Positions 9,311-18,232 of a DNA stretch of 64,000 nt are shown here, piece after piece. This stretch comes from Treponema sp. (GTDB lineage: Bacteria > Spirochaetota > Spirochaetia > Treponematales > Treponemataceae), in contig JAGBXW010000006.1 of NCBI GenBank assembly GCA_017629095.1, forward strand, positions 34,995 through 98,994, written 5' to 3'. Position numbers and translations under genes: made by a program. Below the pieces are notes generated by a model that had not been told where the DNA came from, made no database searches, and saw only the letters and a list, made by a program, of their open reading frames with translations. Every line of letters begins with the position of its first letter. The stretch's first letter is position 1.

Positions 9311-9345
9311 TTTTTAATTTTTTTGAAAAAAAATTAAAATATGTA

Positions 9346-9374
9346 TTGACACTTTTTTGTGTTTGCTATATATT
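9346..9374 (+). promoter_or_regulatory. sigma-70 promoter for the tRNA-Thr/tRNA-Tyr pair, with an A/T-tract UP-like region upstream
   Basis: TTGACA (9346-9351), a 17-nt spacer, then TATATT (9369-9374). A pure A/T tract at 9311-9345 lies upstream. tRNA-Thr starts 18 nt after the -10. Confidence 0.65.
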
Positions 9375-9391
9375 CATATACGTTCGTTACC

Positions 9392-9465
9392 GCCAACTTA
9401 GCTCAGCTGGCCAGAGCACGTGATTTGTAATCTCGGGGTCCAGGGTTCGAATCCCTGAGTTGGCT
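9392..9465 (+). tRNA. tRNA-Thr (anticodon UGU)
   Basis: A 74-nt cloverleaf folded by hand. The acceptor is GCCAACT/AGTTGGC, the D arm is GCTC..GAGC, the anticodon loop is TTTGTAA and the T arm is CAGGG-TTCGAAT-CCCTG. No CCA is encoded. Confidence 0.9.
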
Positions 9466-9473
9466 TAATGAAT

Positions 9474-9555
9474 GGGGAGGTTCCCGAGCGGTCAAAGGGG
9501 GCAGACTGTAAATCTGTTGGCTCCGCCTTCGAAGGTTCGAATCCTTCTCTCCCCA
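9474..9555 (+). tRNA. tRNA-Tyr (anticodon GUA), type II with long variable arm
   Basis: An 82-nt sequence nearly collinear with E. coli tRNA-Tyr (..TTCCCGAGCGGxCAAAGGGxGCAGACTGTAAATCTG..TTCGAAGGTTCGAATCCTTC..). Confidence 0.92.
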
Positions 9556-9561
9556 CTTTAG

Positions 9562-9593
9562 GGCGTTGAACTCAAAGTTCAACGCCTTTTTTT
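9562..9593 (+). terminator. intrinsic terminator after the tRNA pair
   Basis: A perfect 10-bp stem GGCGTTGAAC/GTTCAACGCC with loop TCAAA, followed by T7. Confidence 0.85.
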
Positions 9594-9616
9594 ATTCTAC
9601 TTTCTTGGAGTAAATC

Positions 9617-10054
9617 TTGGCTGGTTGGTATTCTCCTGATGGACTTCATTTTTCCTGTACTCAATGTTCTCATTGTTGTCGTCATGAACCTGGTTTTGTG
9701 TATTTATCTCAAAAAGATTTGACAAATCTTTGTCTATACTTTAACCTAAAAGAACAACAATTTATTGAACAGTATTGTCGTTGGGTTCCTTACTACGACG
9801 GTAGTGAAGTCCTTTGTCTTTTGGAGAAAGAAAATAACGATTGTATCTTTTGGGATTCAGGTTGTGCCGCCTATGGTGCCCGACCTGTTCAGTGTTCTAC
9901 TTATCCATTTTGGTCGTTTATTGTCAAAAGTCCAGAAGCTTGGAAGCAGGAAGCTACAGAATGTCCGGGAATCAATTGCGGTGAATTACATTCGGCTTCC
10001 GAAATAGAAGAGTCTATACGATGTTATGAGGAAAATGAACCTATTAGGAGATAG
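9617..10054 (+). CDS. YkgJ/UPF0153-family cysteine-cluster (putative Fe-S/Zn) protein
   Basis: The 'CTQCSHCCRHEPGFVYL' CxxCxxCC signature is followed by further Cys residues. It has a TTG start with GGAG 7 nt upstream. Confidence 0.7.
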   Translation: MAGWYSPDGLHFSCTQCSHCCRHEPGFVYLSQKDLTNLCLYFNLKEQQFIEQYCRWVPYYDGSEVLCLLEKENNDCIFWDSGCAAYGARPVQCSTYPFWSFIVKSPEAWKQEATECPGINCGELHSASEIEESIRCYEENEPIRR

Positions 10055-10065
10055 GAGGGATAATT

Positions 10066-11007
10066 ATGGATATCCGTTTTTGGGGAGTGAGGGGGTCTGT
10101 TCCCACACCGCTTACAGGCCAGCAGGTTCAGGCAAAGATTGAGGCTGTTGTCCAGAGAATTTCACCTCGGGATATTGTTTCCCTGGATGCTCGTGAGCGT
10201 TTTCTTGCATCCCTTCCTCCATCAATTTTTGGAACTGTAGGTGGAAATACTTCCTGCATGGAAATTCGTGATAGTCAGGGAAATGTCTGTATTCTTGATG
10301 CAGGTACTGGTTTGCGTGAGTTTGGTAAGCGTGGAATTCCTGCTCCAGACAATACCTATCACATCCTGTTGTCCCATTTTCATTGGGATCATATTCAGGG
10401 GTTGCCTTTCCTAGATCAAGCCTATATGAAAAACTGCAAGATTATTTTTTATTCAGTCTTTCCTTATGCCAAGCAGTTACTTTCCCGTCAGATGGACTTA
10501 CCCTATTTCCCTGTTCAGTTTGATACAGGTTTTTTTGCAGATATTTCCTTCCAATTGATAAAGCCTGGAGTTCCTTTTCAAATTGGGGCCTTTACCATTG
10601 TGGCAAAGAAAATGTCTCATCCTGGCAATTCCTATGCTTATTCCTTTGTAGAAGGGGATAAGAAGGTGATTTACGCCACAGATGTGGAGCTGTCCAGTGC
10701 CGACTTTGCTGATTGTGAAACTAATGTTTCTTATTTCACAGATGCCAATGCCATTATTCTGGATACCCAGTATACCGTGGAAGAAGCTCTGTACAAGGCT
10801 AATTGGGGGCATTCAGCCTTTTCTTTGGCGGTTGATTTTGCTACAAAATGGAATATCAAGAAGATGTATCTTTTCCATCATGAGCCCACTTATGACGACA
10901 AGAAGTTGAATTCCATTCTTCAATCTGCCCAATGGTATGCCCAGTACGTAGCAAATACCGACATGGAATTATATCTTGCCCAAGAAGGTCTTAGTTTTAG
11001 TATATGA
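10066..11007 (+). CDS. MBL-fold metallo-hydrolase
   Basis: 'LLSHFHWDHIQGLPF' (HxHxDH motif) and N-terminal 'IRFWGVRGSVPTP'. There is a strong RBS (GGAGGGA). Confidence 0.8.
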   Translation: MDIRFWGVRGSVPTPLTGQQVQAKIEAVVQRISPRDIVSLDARERFLASLPPSIFGTVGGNTSCMEIRDSQGNVCILDAGTGLREFGKRGIPAPDNTYHILLSHFHWDHIQGLPFLDQAYMKNCKIIFYSVFPYAKQLLSRQMDLPYFPVQFDTGFFADISFQLIKPGVPFQIGAFTIVAKKMSHPGNSYAYSFVEGDKKVIYATDVELSSADFADCETNVSYFTDANAIILDTQYTVEEALYKANWGHSAFSLAVDFATKWNIKKMYLFHHEPTYDDKKLNSILQSAQWYAQYVANTDMELYLAQEGLSFSI

Positions 11008-11192
11008 ACGATTCAGAAAAAGATCCTCTCATTTTTACCTATACGTTTACGCCTCAGGAAACTGCAATCCTTGCTCGTTTCATTCGTTGGCAGGGATTGC
11101 CTGATGGCTTGGAGCGTTTTAGCAAAACGGTTGTTGATACCATGTATAATGCCATGACCATTGATGATTTGGAGCATTTCTTTAATAAATAA
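11004..11192 (+). CDS. small hypothetical protein (62 aa), translationally coupled to the MBL hydrolase
   Basis: Its ATG overlaps the upstream stop (ATGA). There is no recognisable motif. Coding status rests only on the coupling and the ORF. Confidence 0.4.
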   Translation: MNDSEKDPLIFTYTFTPQETAILARFIRWQGLPDGLERFSKTVVDTMYNAMTIDDLEHFFNK

Positions 11193-11236
11193 ATTTGTTA
11201 TCTACCGATTTTTTTCGTTATATTGGAGTTATTGTG

Positions 11237-12271
11237 ATGCGAAAAATCTTTCTTACCTGTCTTATTGTTTTTTTTGTTTTGATTATCATCCTGGGTGGAA
11301 TGGGAGCTGGTTGGTGGTTCTTATCCCAAAAGCCTGTGGCCCAGGATCAGGTATCTGCAGTTTCCTATAAACTAGAAGTGCCATCTGGAACGGGGATAAA
11401 AACAGTAGCGGCAACATTAGAAGCTGAAAATATAATCCGCTCTCAATTAGCTTTTTACTTGTTGGCCAGAAAGGAAAATCTACAGTTAAAAGCTGGTGTA
11501 TATGAAATTCAATCTTCTATGGAATTAAAAGAGATTTTTGACTTATTGGAGTCTGGGCGACAAGAGCATCTTGTGGTGAGTATTCCAGAAGGATTGACCC
11601 TTTCAAAGGTGGCTGCATTGTTGGAATCAAAAGATGTAATTTCTGCAAAAGATTTTCTTATCGCAGCAAAAAATCCAGCCTTGTTGGCTGAATATCAAGT
11701 TCCTGCCTCTAGTTTTGAAGGGTATCTTTTTCCTGACACCTATTATTTTATTCCAGGAATGAAGGCTGAAGCTGTAGTTCGGATGCTTGTAGATACATTT
11801 TACAAGAAAATTGCCAGTATTGAAGGATTATCCCTTCTTTCTCCCCAGGAATTGTTTGATGTAGTAAATCTTGCTTCCATCGTGGAGCGGGAATATCAGG
11901 TTACTGAGGAAGCCCCCCTTATTGCCAGTGTCTTCAAAAACAGATTGAATAGAAATATTGGCCTTTATTCTTGTGCCACTGTTGTGTACATCATTACAGA
12001 GATAGAGGGGCGTCCTCATCCAGAAATTGTTACCAACAAGGATTTAAAGCTGGATAGTCCCTATAACACCTATAAGTGGGCTGGCCTTCCACCTGGTCCC
12101 ATCTCAAATCCTGGACTTGTCGCCTTGAATGCCGCCGCAAATCCACCACAAACTCCTTATTTCTATTTCCGTGTTACAAATGCTGGAGATGGTAGTCATC
12201 ATTTTTCAGAAGGTTTTCAGGAGCATGTGGAAATGGGTCAGTTGTACATCAAGCGGGCGGCAGGGAATTAA
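11237..12271 (+). CDS. mltG: endolytic murein transglycosylase MltG (YceG-like)
   Basis: An N-terminal TM helix, then 'ASIVEREY' and 'YNTYKWAGLPPGPISNPG', typical of YceG/MltG. The start is taken as the ATG at 11237 (GGAG 8 nt upstream) rather than the TTG at 11195. Confidence 0.88.
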   Translation: MRKIFLTCLIVFFVLIIILGGMGAGWWFLSQKPVAQDQVSAVSYKLEVPSGTGIKTVAATLEAENIIRSQLAFYLLARKENLQLKAGVYEIQSSMELKEIFDLLESGRQEHLVVSIPEGLTLSKVAALLESKDVISAKDFLIAAKNPALLAEYQVPASSFEGYLFPDTYYFIPGMKAEAVVRMLVDTFYKKIASIEGLSLLSPQELFDVVNLASIVEREYQVTEEAPLIASVFKNRLNRNIGLYSCATVVYIITEIEGRPHPEIVTNKDLKLDSPYNTYKWAGLPPGPISNPGLVALNAAANPPQTPYFYFRVTNAGDGSHHFSEGFQEHVEMGQLYIKRAAGN

Positions 12272-14064
12272 TGGGAGGAAGGATTTCTGAGTACACAGTC
12301 CAGCAGGTAATGGAGCGGGTTGATATGCCTGCCCTTATCGGGGAATATACCCGGCTGGAACGTCGTGGAGAGGAGTGGTGGGGATGTTGTCCCTTTCACA
12401 CAGAAAAAACACCTTCCTTCAGTGTGGTTCCCAGCAAGGGGATGTATTATTGCTTCGGTTGCCATGAAGGTGGTAGTGCCATTGATTTTGTCAAGAACAT
12501 GGAAAAATTGTCCTTTCCAGAGGCTGTGTTGTTTTTGGCAAAACATGCGGGTGTGGAAGTAATTTATTCTGGAAACCAATCAATTCAAGAAGAGGATACC
12601 TCTTTAAAAGACCAGTTCATTGACTTGTATACTCGTGTTGCAGGTTCCTATCATTATTGTCTTACCTCCACTGTGGAAGGAAAGTTCGCTCTAGATTATA
12701 TTTTGAATCGAGGGATAACTATGGATACGATTCAAAAGTTTCAGTTGGGCTATTCTCCTGCAAACCGCTACTGGCTCAGAAAATTTCTTCGAAGTAAAAA
12801 CTATAGTGATGGATTTTTAAACGATTCTGGGCTTTTTTCAAAAAAATACCCAGAGATTTCATTTTTTAGTAATAGGCTCATGTTTCCCATTACCGATCGT
12901 CAAGGAAAAACTGTAGCCTTTGGTGGTCGCCTGCTGGAAGGAGATGGCCCTAAATATGTGAACTCTGGTGATCTTTTGCAGTATCAAAAGGGTAAGACCC
13001 TGTACGGTTTTCATTTGGCTCGTCAAAATATTCGTAAGGCTAAGTCGGTGATCTTTTGCGAGGGATACATGGATGTCTTGGCCTATCACCAATGTGGCTT
13101 AGGACATGCGGTGGCCCCCTTAGGAACAGCCCTTACCCATGATCAAATCAAGTTGGTGCAGCCCTTTGTGGAAGAAATCTACCTGTCCTTCGATTCCGAT
13201 AGAGCAGGTAGAGCAGCTACCTTGAAGGCTATTTTGATGTGTCGTCAGTTAGATATTCCCGTTCGGATTATTTCCTTGAAGGGTGGAAAGGATCCTGCAG
13301 AAATTATGGTAAATTTTGGTGCTGATATATTGACAAATTTCGTAAATGGTGCTAAAATTGATGGAGATTATTTGTTATCTTTTTTGGCGACAGAACATCA
13401 AATAGATACCCCAGAGGGTAAAACAAAAGCTGCATTAGCATTCTTTCCATACATTGATGCGCTTAAATCTGATATACAAAGAGAATCATGGTTGACACGT
13501 TTGTGTCAAGTATTGAATCTGAATATAGAAGCTGTAAAGAAGGATTTTTCAAATCGCGTCGCAGCTGAGTCGCGGGTTCAGAGCCATGGACAAGAGGTAA
13601 AGGACGCTAAACCTCTTCAAATACGGTTGAATGCAGAGTTGCGTTCCGTATTAGCTGTGGTTGCAAATCTTGATACATATGGGTTAATGAGGTCAAGTCT
13701 ATCCCCGGAGGACTTTGAAGATCCGGTGGCTAGGGAATTATTCATTATTCTGGAAGAATGTTATAGGGAAGAATCAGTCCTACATGGTAGTGTACTGGCA
13801 AAATGCAGCAATGAGCAATTAAAAAGTCTAGTTGCCCGAGTTATTACCTCTGGCGAATATTCAGATAATCACGAAAAGGTTATTGAAGATAGTATTCGTC
13901 ACATCAAGAGAAATAGCCTTGAGCGCAAACGAAGTCGCCTGCTGAATAAAATCCGCCAGTTAAGTAGCACCGCCACAACCTATGAAGAACAGAGGCTTCT
14001 TGAAGAATTAATTTCAGAGAAAATGAATATTGATTTTGAACTAGATAGTAAGGATGCACGCTGA
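12271..14064 (+). CDS. dnaG: DNA primase
   Basis: Zinc-finger '[14 protein letters not shown]...[10 protein letters not shown]' and TOPRIM 'EGYMDVL ... SFDSDRAG'. The start overlaps the mltG stop by 1 nt (TAATG). Confidence 0.95.
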   Translation: MGGRISEYTVQQVMERVDMPALIGEYTRLERRGEEWWGCCPFHTEKTPSFSVVPSKGMYYCFGCHEGGSAIDFVKNMEKLSFPEAVLFLAKHAGVEVIYSGNQSIQEEDTSLKDQFIDLYTRVAGSYHYCLTSTVEGKFALDYILNRGITMDTIQKFQLGYSPANRYWLRKFLRSKNYSDGFLNDSGLFSKKYPEISFFSNRLMFPITDRQGKTVAFGGRLLEGDGPKYVNSGDLLQYQKGKTLYGFHLARQNIRKAKSVIFCEGYMDVLAYHQCGLGHAVAPLGTALTHDQIKLVQPFVEEIYLSFDSDRAGRAATLKAILMCRQLDIPVRIISLKGGKDPAEIMVNFGADILTNFVNGAKIDGDYLLSFLATEHQIDTPEGKTKAALAFFPYIDALKSDIQRESWLTRLCQVLNLNIEAVKKDFSNRVAAESRVQSHGQEVKDAKPLQIRLNAELRSVLAVVANLDTYGLMRSSLSPEDFEDPVARELFIILEECYREESVLHGSVLAKCSNEQLKSLVARVITSGEYSDNHEKVIEDSIRHIKRNSLERKRSRLLNKIRQLSSTATTYEEQRLLEELISEKMNIDFELDSKDAR

Positions 14065-15851
14065 TGGACGAATTAGATTCGGCTATTGAAAAATTGATTG
14101 AATACAGTAAAGAAAAACGTTCCATTTCTTGGGATGAGTTGAATGGAATGTTGTCTTCTGAGATTTTAAACTCTGATAAAATGGAGGTGGTTTTATCTGA
14201 GTTAGCAAAAAACAACATCCAGTTGGAAGATGATACTGATGAACTAGATAAGGTTGAAGATGAAGACGATTTTGTTCTTGATTCAGATGATGATGATGCC
14301 GTTCAGGATGAAGATGCCCAGAAGGTAGCGGAAGAAGATAGCGGAAAGAAGCGCCTTATTTCTGGAGATAAGGATTCTAGTGGTGATGATCCTGTTCGCT
14401 TATATTTGCGGGAAATCGGTAAGGAAAACCTTCTAACTGCAGAGCAGGAAGTTGAGCTTTCCAAGAAGATGGAAGACGGCGAAAACATCATTAAGGACGT
14501 GATTAAAAATTCTGGAATCCTGATTCCCGAATTCTATAATATTGGCGTAAAAGCCTTTTCTCGTATCGATATTCAGCCTGGTCGCAATAGAAAGGAAATT
14601 AACGAGGAGATGACTGAAAAGCGTCGTCTCAAGACTTGCTATAGTGAATACATCAAGCCTGTTTTTACTGACATGAAGGCCTATATGCAACTGAAAAAAC
14701 AGTTGTATGAATCAGACCAGACAAACCAGATTTTTAAGGATCCTCAGTTGGTTGCTTTGCGGGAAAAAATTATGGTTTCTCTTCAGCGTGTTGAAATCCA
14801 GTCTGAGGAAATCGAGCGTTTTTCTTCACGATTTATAGATGCAACCCGTCGTATCAGTGAGTATCGCAACCGCCAGGATAAAAAAGCAAAAGAGCTCCGT
14901 ATTACTGACTTCAGTGATCTGAGAAGTTTGGGAAAGCGTATTGCAATGAAGTCCGAACGGGCAAAACTAGAAGCTGATTTAGGAATTTCTGCCGATGAGA
15001 TTCGTGAGATTTACACCCAGATTCAGAAAATTAGCCGAAAGCTCAGAAAGCTTGAGTATGAGTTTGAGAACGATGTTTCTGAAATCATTTCCATGTCAAA
15101 GGAAATTAACCGTGGACGACGCATGATGAAGGAGGCCAAGAATCGGCTCATTAATGCAAACTTGCGTCTCGTTGTTTCCATTGCAAAGAAATATACCAAC
15201 CGTGGTTTGCAGTTCTTTGATTTGGTACAGGAAGGAAATATCGGTCTGATCAAGGCGGTAGAAAAGTTCGAGTACCGCAAAGGGTATAAATTTTCTACCT
15301 ATGCAACTTGGTGGATTCGTCAGGCTATTACCAGAAGTATCTCTGACCAAGCTCGTACCATCCGTGTACCTGTTCACATGATTGAGCAGATTAACAAGGT
15401 AGTACGAGAATCTCGCCAGCTGATGCAGAAGTTTGGACGTGAGCCTACTGACGAGGAAATCGCCTTGCAGCTAGGGTGGCCTGTTGCTCGTGTAAAGCAG
15501 GTGAAAAATGTTGCTCGTGAGCCAATTTCCTTGGAAACTCCTATTGGAGAGGAAGAGGATTCATCATTGGGAGATTTTATCGAGGACAAGGACGTGGAAA
15601 ATCCCGCATCCAAGACAGCCTACACCATGTTGCAGGATCATCTCCATACTATTTTATCTACTTTGCCTCCCAGAGAGCAGGAAGTTTTGAAGATGCGTTT
15701 CGGTCTCGATGATGGATTCTCCCTTACGCTTGAAGAAGTTGGTTTATACTTTGATGTTACAAGGGAGCGTATTCGTCAGATTGAAGCTAAGGCTCTCCGT
15801 CGTTTACGTCATCCTCGTCGTTCTGGTGGTTTAAAGGATTACATGGATTGA
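14064..15851 (+). CDS. rpoD: RNA polymerase sigma-70 factor RpoD
   Basis: '[39 protein letters not shown]' (region 2) and '[29 protein letters not shown]' (region 4), with an acidic N-terminal region. The start overlaps the dnaG stop (TGATG). Confidence 0.97.
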   Translation: MDELDSAIEKLIEYSKEKRSISWDELNGMLSSEILNSDKMEVVLSELAKNNIQLEDDTDELDKVEDEDDFVLDSDDDDAVQDEDAQKVAEEDSGKKRLISGDKDSSGDDPVRLYLREIGKENLLTAEQEVELSKKMEDGENIIKDVIKNSGILIPEFYNIGVKAFSRIDIQPGRNRKEINEEMTEKRRLKTCYSEYIKPVFTDMKAYMQLKKQLYESDQTNQIFKDPQLVALREKIMVSLQRVEIQSEEIERFSSRFIDATRRISEYRNRQDKKAKELRITDFSDLRSLGKRIAMKSERAKLEADLGISADEIREIYTQIQKISRKLRKLEYEFENDVSEIISMSKEINRGRRMMKEAKNRLINANLRLVVSIAKKYTNRGLQFFDLVQEGNIGLIKAVEKFEYRKGYKFSTYATWWIRQAITRSISDQARTIRVPVHMIEQINKVVRESRQLMQKFGREPTDEEIALQLGWPVARVKQVKNVAREPISLETPIGEEEDSSLGDFIEDKDVENPASKTAYTMLQDHLHTILSTLPPREQEVLKMRFGLDDGFSLTLEEVGLYFDVTRERIRQIEAKALRRLRHPRRSGGLKDYMD

Positions 15852-15962
15852 TATTGTGATGTATAACTGGATAAAATAATCTAAGTATACATATGCTAGA
15901 CATTCAATCGATAATAGGATATAAATTAAGTTTAGTATAGCTTTAGAAGAGGGGTTCTGTTC

Positions 15963-16814
15963 ATGGATATGACCAATGTATTTGACAAACTTATTGCTTT
16001 GCAGGAAATTCTTGCAGATAAATATGAAATTGAGTCAAAGATAGAGAATGCTCCTAAAGATTTGGGCCTTCAAGATGAATTGTTGGTTCGAATGAAGGAA
16101 GAATATATCAATATAAACACAGCCTATGAAGAGGTAAAGGCAAAAATATCCAAGTTAAAGCTTGATTTGGATGAAGCTGTGGCTGCCCGTGAACGGGGAG
16201 AGCAAGGAATGGACAACATTACCACTCACCGTGAATATGAAGCCCTAGACAAGGAAATTAAGGATGCCTCTGAAAAGGAAAGTCAGTTGCGAAAGGAACT
16301 GCAGACAGAAGAGCGTCATTTTGAAGACCTTTCTGCAAAGATGAGTCGCAAAGAACAGGAACTGGAAATGGGTAAGAACGAGCTTGAAGAAAAGAAAGCA
16401 TCTTGGGCTCGTGATGTTGAAGCATTTCAAGTTGAACTGAATAAATTGAAGATTCGTGAAGATGAAATTGTTCCAGATTTGGATCCAGAAATTGTGTTTA
16501 AGTTTGAACGAATTATTCGAAGTAAGCAGAACCGAGGTATTGTTGCCGTTAAGGGCAATGTTTGTGATGGTTGTCACATGATCCTTCCCGCCCAGTTTGC
16601 TAATGAAGTTCATAAAGGTGAGGATATCGTATTCTGTCCTTACTGTAGCCGTATCTTGTTCTATGAAGAGCAGGAAGAAGGAGATGAAACCTTCTTCAAC
16701 TTTGAAGATGCTGCTGGAAGTCTCGTTGATTTGGATGATGACGATTTTGACGAGGAAATGGATGAAGATGAGGATCAGGACGAAGTAAAAGAACTGGACG
16801 AATACGAAGATTAA
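15963..16814 (+). CDS. COG1579/HP0958-type coiled-coil protein with C-terminal C4 zinc ribbon and a poly-acidic tail
   Basis: A long heptad-rich Glu/Lys region is followed by 'CDGCHMILPAQF...FCPYCSRILF'. The last ~45 residues are almost entirely D/E. Confidence 0.75.
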   Translation: MDMTNVFDKLIALQEILADKYEIESKIENAPKDLGLQDELLVRMKEEYININTAYEEVKAKISKLKLDLDEAVAARERGEQGMDNITTHREYEALDKEIKDASEKESQLRKELQTEERHFEDLSAKMSRKEQELEMGKNELEEKKASWARDVEAFQVELNKLKIREDEIVPDLDPEIVFKFERIIRSKQNRGIVAVKGNVCDGCHMILPAQFANEVHKGEDIVFCPYCSRILFYEEQEEGDETFFNFEDAAGSLVDLDDDDFDEEMDEDEDQDEVKELDEYED

Positions 16815-16828
16815 TTTTGTTGATTGGG

Positions 16829-17224
16829 CAGAAAATATATGGTCGCTGTTTCTATAACTCATTGGGTTATAGAAAGAGAGGAAAGTCCGGGCTCCTTCGG
16901 AAAAGACGCCGGTTAACAACCGGGAGTAGCATTGGTGACGATGCTACTACAGAGAGCGCAGCAGAAAATAAACCGCCTTGTTTACAAGGTAAGGGTGAAA
17001 TGGTGGGGTAAGAGCCCACCGGACAAACGGTAACGGATGTCGCATGGCAAGCCTCGTCTGGAGCAAGACCAAGCAGTAGTTGTAACTCCGATATGGAAGT
17101 CATTTGCTTCCACAGCTACGGGTAGGTTGCTTGAGGTACAGGGAAATCTGTATCCTAGATAGATGACCATGCTTGATGGTTTTATTTCCGTCAGGTGACA
17201 GAACCCGGCTTATTATATTTTCTG
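16829..17224 (+). ncRNA. rnpB: RNase P RNA, bacterial type A
   Basis: Universally conserved blocks are present: GAGGAAAGTCCGGGCT (16878-), ACAGAGAGC, GGTAAGGGTGAAA, GGTAAGAGCCCACC, GGGTAGGTTGCTTGAG, CCTAGATAGATGA and ACAGAACCCGGCTTA (17198-). By hand, P1 pairs CAGAAAATATA (16829-39) with TATATTTTCTG (17214-24). P2 pairs ATGGTC with GACCAT. End coordinates are accurate to a few nt. Confidence 0.92.
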
Positions 17225-17247
17225 TCTTTTTTTTATTGGGGAATTGT

Positions 17248-18207
17248 GTGGCACGCAAACAGAAGTCTACAGCTCAGCAAAATGTTTTTCGTCGCAAGAA
17301 TAGGTTTTTGCGGCGCGTGGTTGTATGCATTATTGTTCTCATTAGTTCTGCCCTTGTGACTATACCAGTTCTCTATTTAAAAAATATGAAAAAAGAAGCT
17401 CCGGTGAGCATGACTCGACTTTCTTCATTATGGCAAGAACGTAACTACCAAGAAGTCTATGATTTAACTAAGAAATTGCTCACAGAAGAGCCCTTCCATG
17501 CTATGGCTCTTGCTTTTAATGGTTATTCTGGATTTTATCTTGCAGTTGCTGAAACAGATACACTACTGGCTCATTCTTATTTGGATTCAGCTGTTAATGC
17601 TTTACGTTTGGCTGCCCTTAAAACCCGTGGAAATGCTCGTTCCCAGATTCATTACATGTTAGGAAAGGCTTATTTCTACAAAAATAGCCTTTCAGACTAC
17701 CACTATTATAGTGATTTAGCAGTAAAATACCTTGCTTTGGCAAAGGCAGAACAGTACGAGGCTGATGACATTCCAGAGTTGCTGGGATTGAGTTATGCCA
17801 CCTTGGGAATGACAGAAAAGAGTATAGCTGCATTTACTGAGGCACTTTTGGTACGAGAGTCAGATATTTTGTTACTTTCTATTGCTGAACAGTATTATAA
17901 GAATAGTCAGTTATCTGCAGCAAAGGCTTATTTGCATCGAATTTCCACTTCTACTAGTAATGATATTGTGAGGTTGAAAAGTAAGGCTTTGCTTGGTCAA
18001 ATTTACATTGATGAAGAAAATTATGATGAGGCGGAAGCAGAATATCGTTCAATATTGGAAATAAATCCAAACTATGCAGATGCTGTGTATGGTATTGGTG
18101 TAATATACGAGAAGCGAGGTGAGCTGGTGAAGGCACGTTCAGAATGGAGAAAGGTTCTGAAACTGGACGTAAATCATCAAGGGGCAAGATTGCGACTTAC
18201 CAAATAG
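17248..18207 (+). CDS. membrane-anchored tetratricopeptide-repeat protein
   Basis: A TM helix 'VVVCIIVLISSALVTIPVLYL' is followed by TPR-like repeats (e.g. 'AEAEYRSILEINPNYADAVYGIGVIYEKRGELVKA'). The track start at 17173 lies inside rnpB. GTG at 17248 (or TTG at 17236) is proposed instead, but the start remains uncertain. Confidence 0.7.
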   Translation: MARKQKSTAQQNVFRRKNRFLRRVVVCIIVLISSALVTIPVLYLKNMKKEAPVSMTRLSSLWQERNYQEVYDLTKKLLTEEPFHAMALAFNGYSGFYLAVAETDTLLAHSYLDSAVNALRLAALKTRGNARSQIHYMLGKAYFYKNSLSDYHYYSDLAVKYLALAKAEQYEADDIPELLGLSYATLGMTEKSIAAFTEALLVRESDILLLSIAEQYYKNSQLSAAKAYLHRISTSTSNDIVRLKSKALLGQIYIDEENYDEAEAEYRSILEINPNYADAVYGIGVIYEKRGELVKARSEWRKVLKLDVNHQGARLRLTK

Positions 18208-18232
18208 AAGTAACTAAGATAGGAGAAAAGAT

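Noticed and set aside
9312-9339. An A/T-only inverted repeat (TTTTAATTTTTTT-G-AAAAAAAATTAAAA) after glgA.
   Set aside because: A pure AU stem with a 1-2 nt loop cannot be a functional terminator hairpin. It is more simply explained as the A/T-rich UP-like region of the tRNA promoter that follows.
14220-14330. GAT/GAA-rich codon repeats in rpoD (and similar acidic runs at 16730-16810 and 49470-49610) as possible contingency repeats.
   Set aside because: These are imperfect codon-level repeats encoding acidic low-complexity regions of essential proteins. They are not perfect microsatellites prone to slippage.
16245-16919. A 224-aa minus-strand ORF overlapping the zinc-ribbon gene and the 5' end of rnpB.
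   Set aside because: The F/L/I/K-rich low-complexity translation is the mirror image of a Glu/Lys-rich coiled-coil coding strand. It also runs into RNase P RNA. It is a frame artefact.
17173-17247. The N-terminal 25 codons of the ORF-track TPR protein (MMVLFPSGDRTRLIIF...).
   Set aside because: These nucleotides include the conserved ACAGAACCCGGCTTA block and the 3' strand of P1 of RNase P RNA. The protein start was moved to GTG at 17248.
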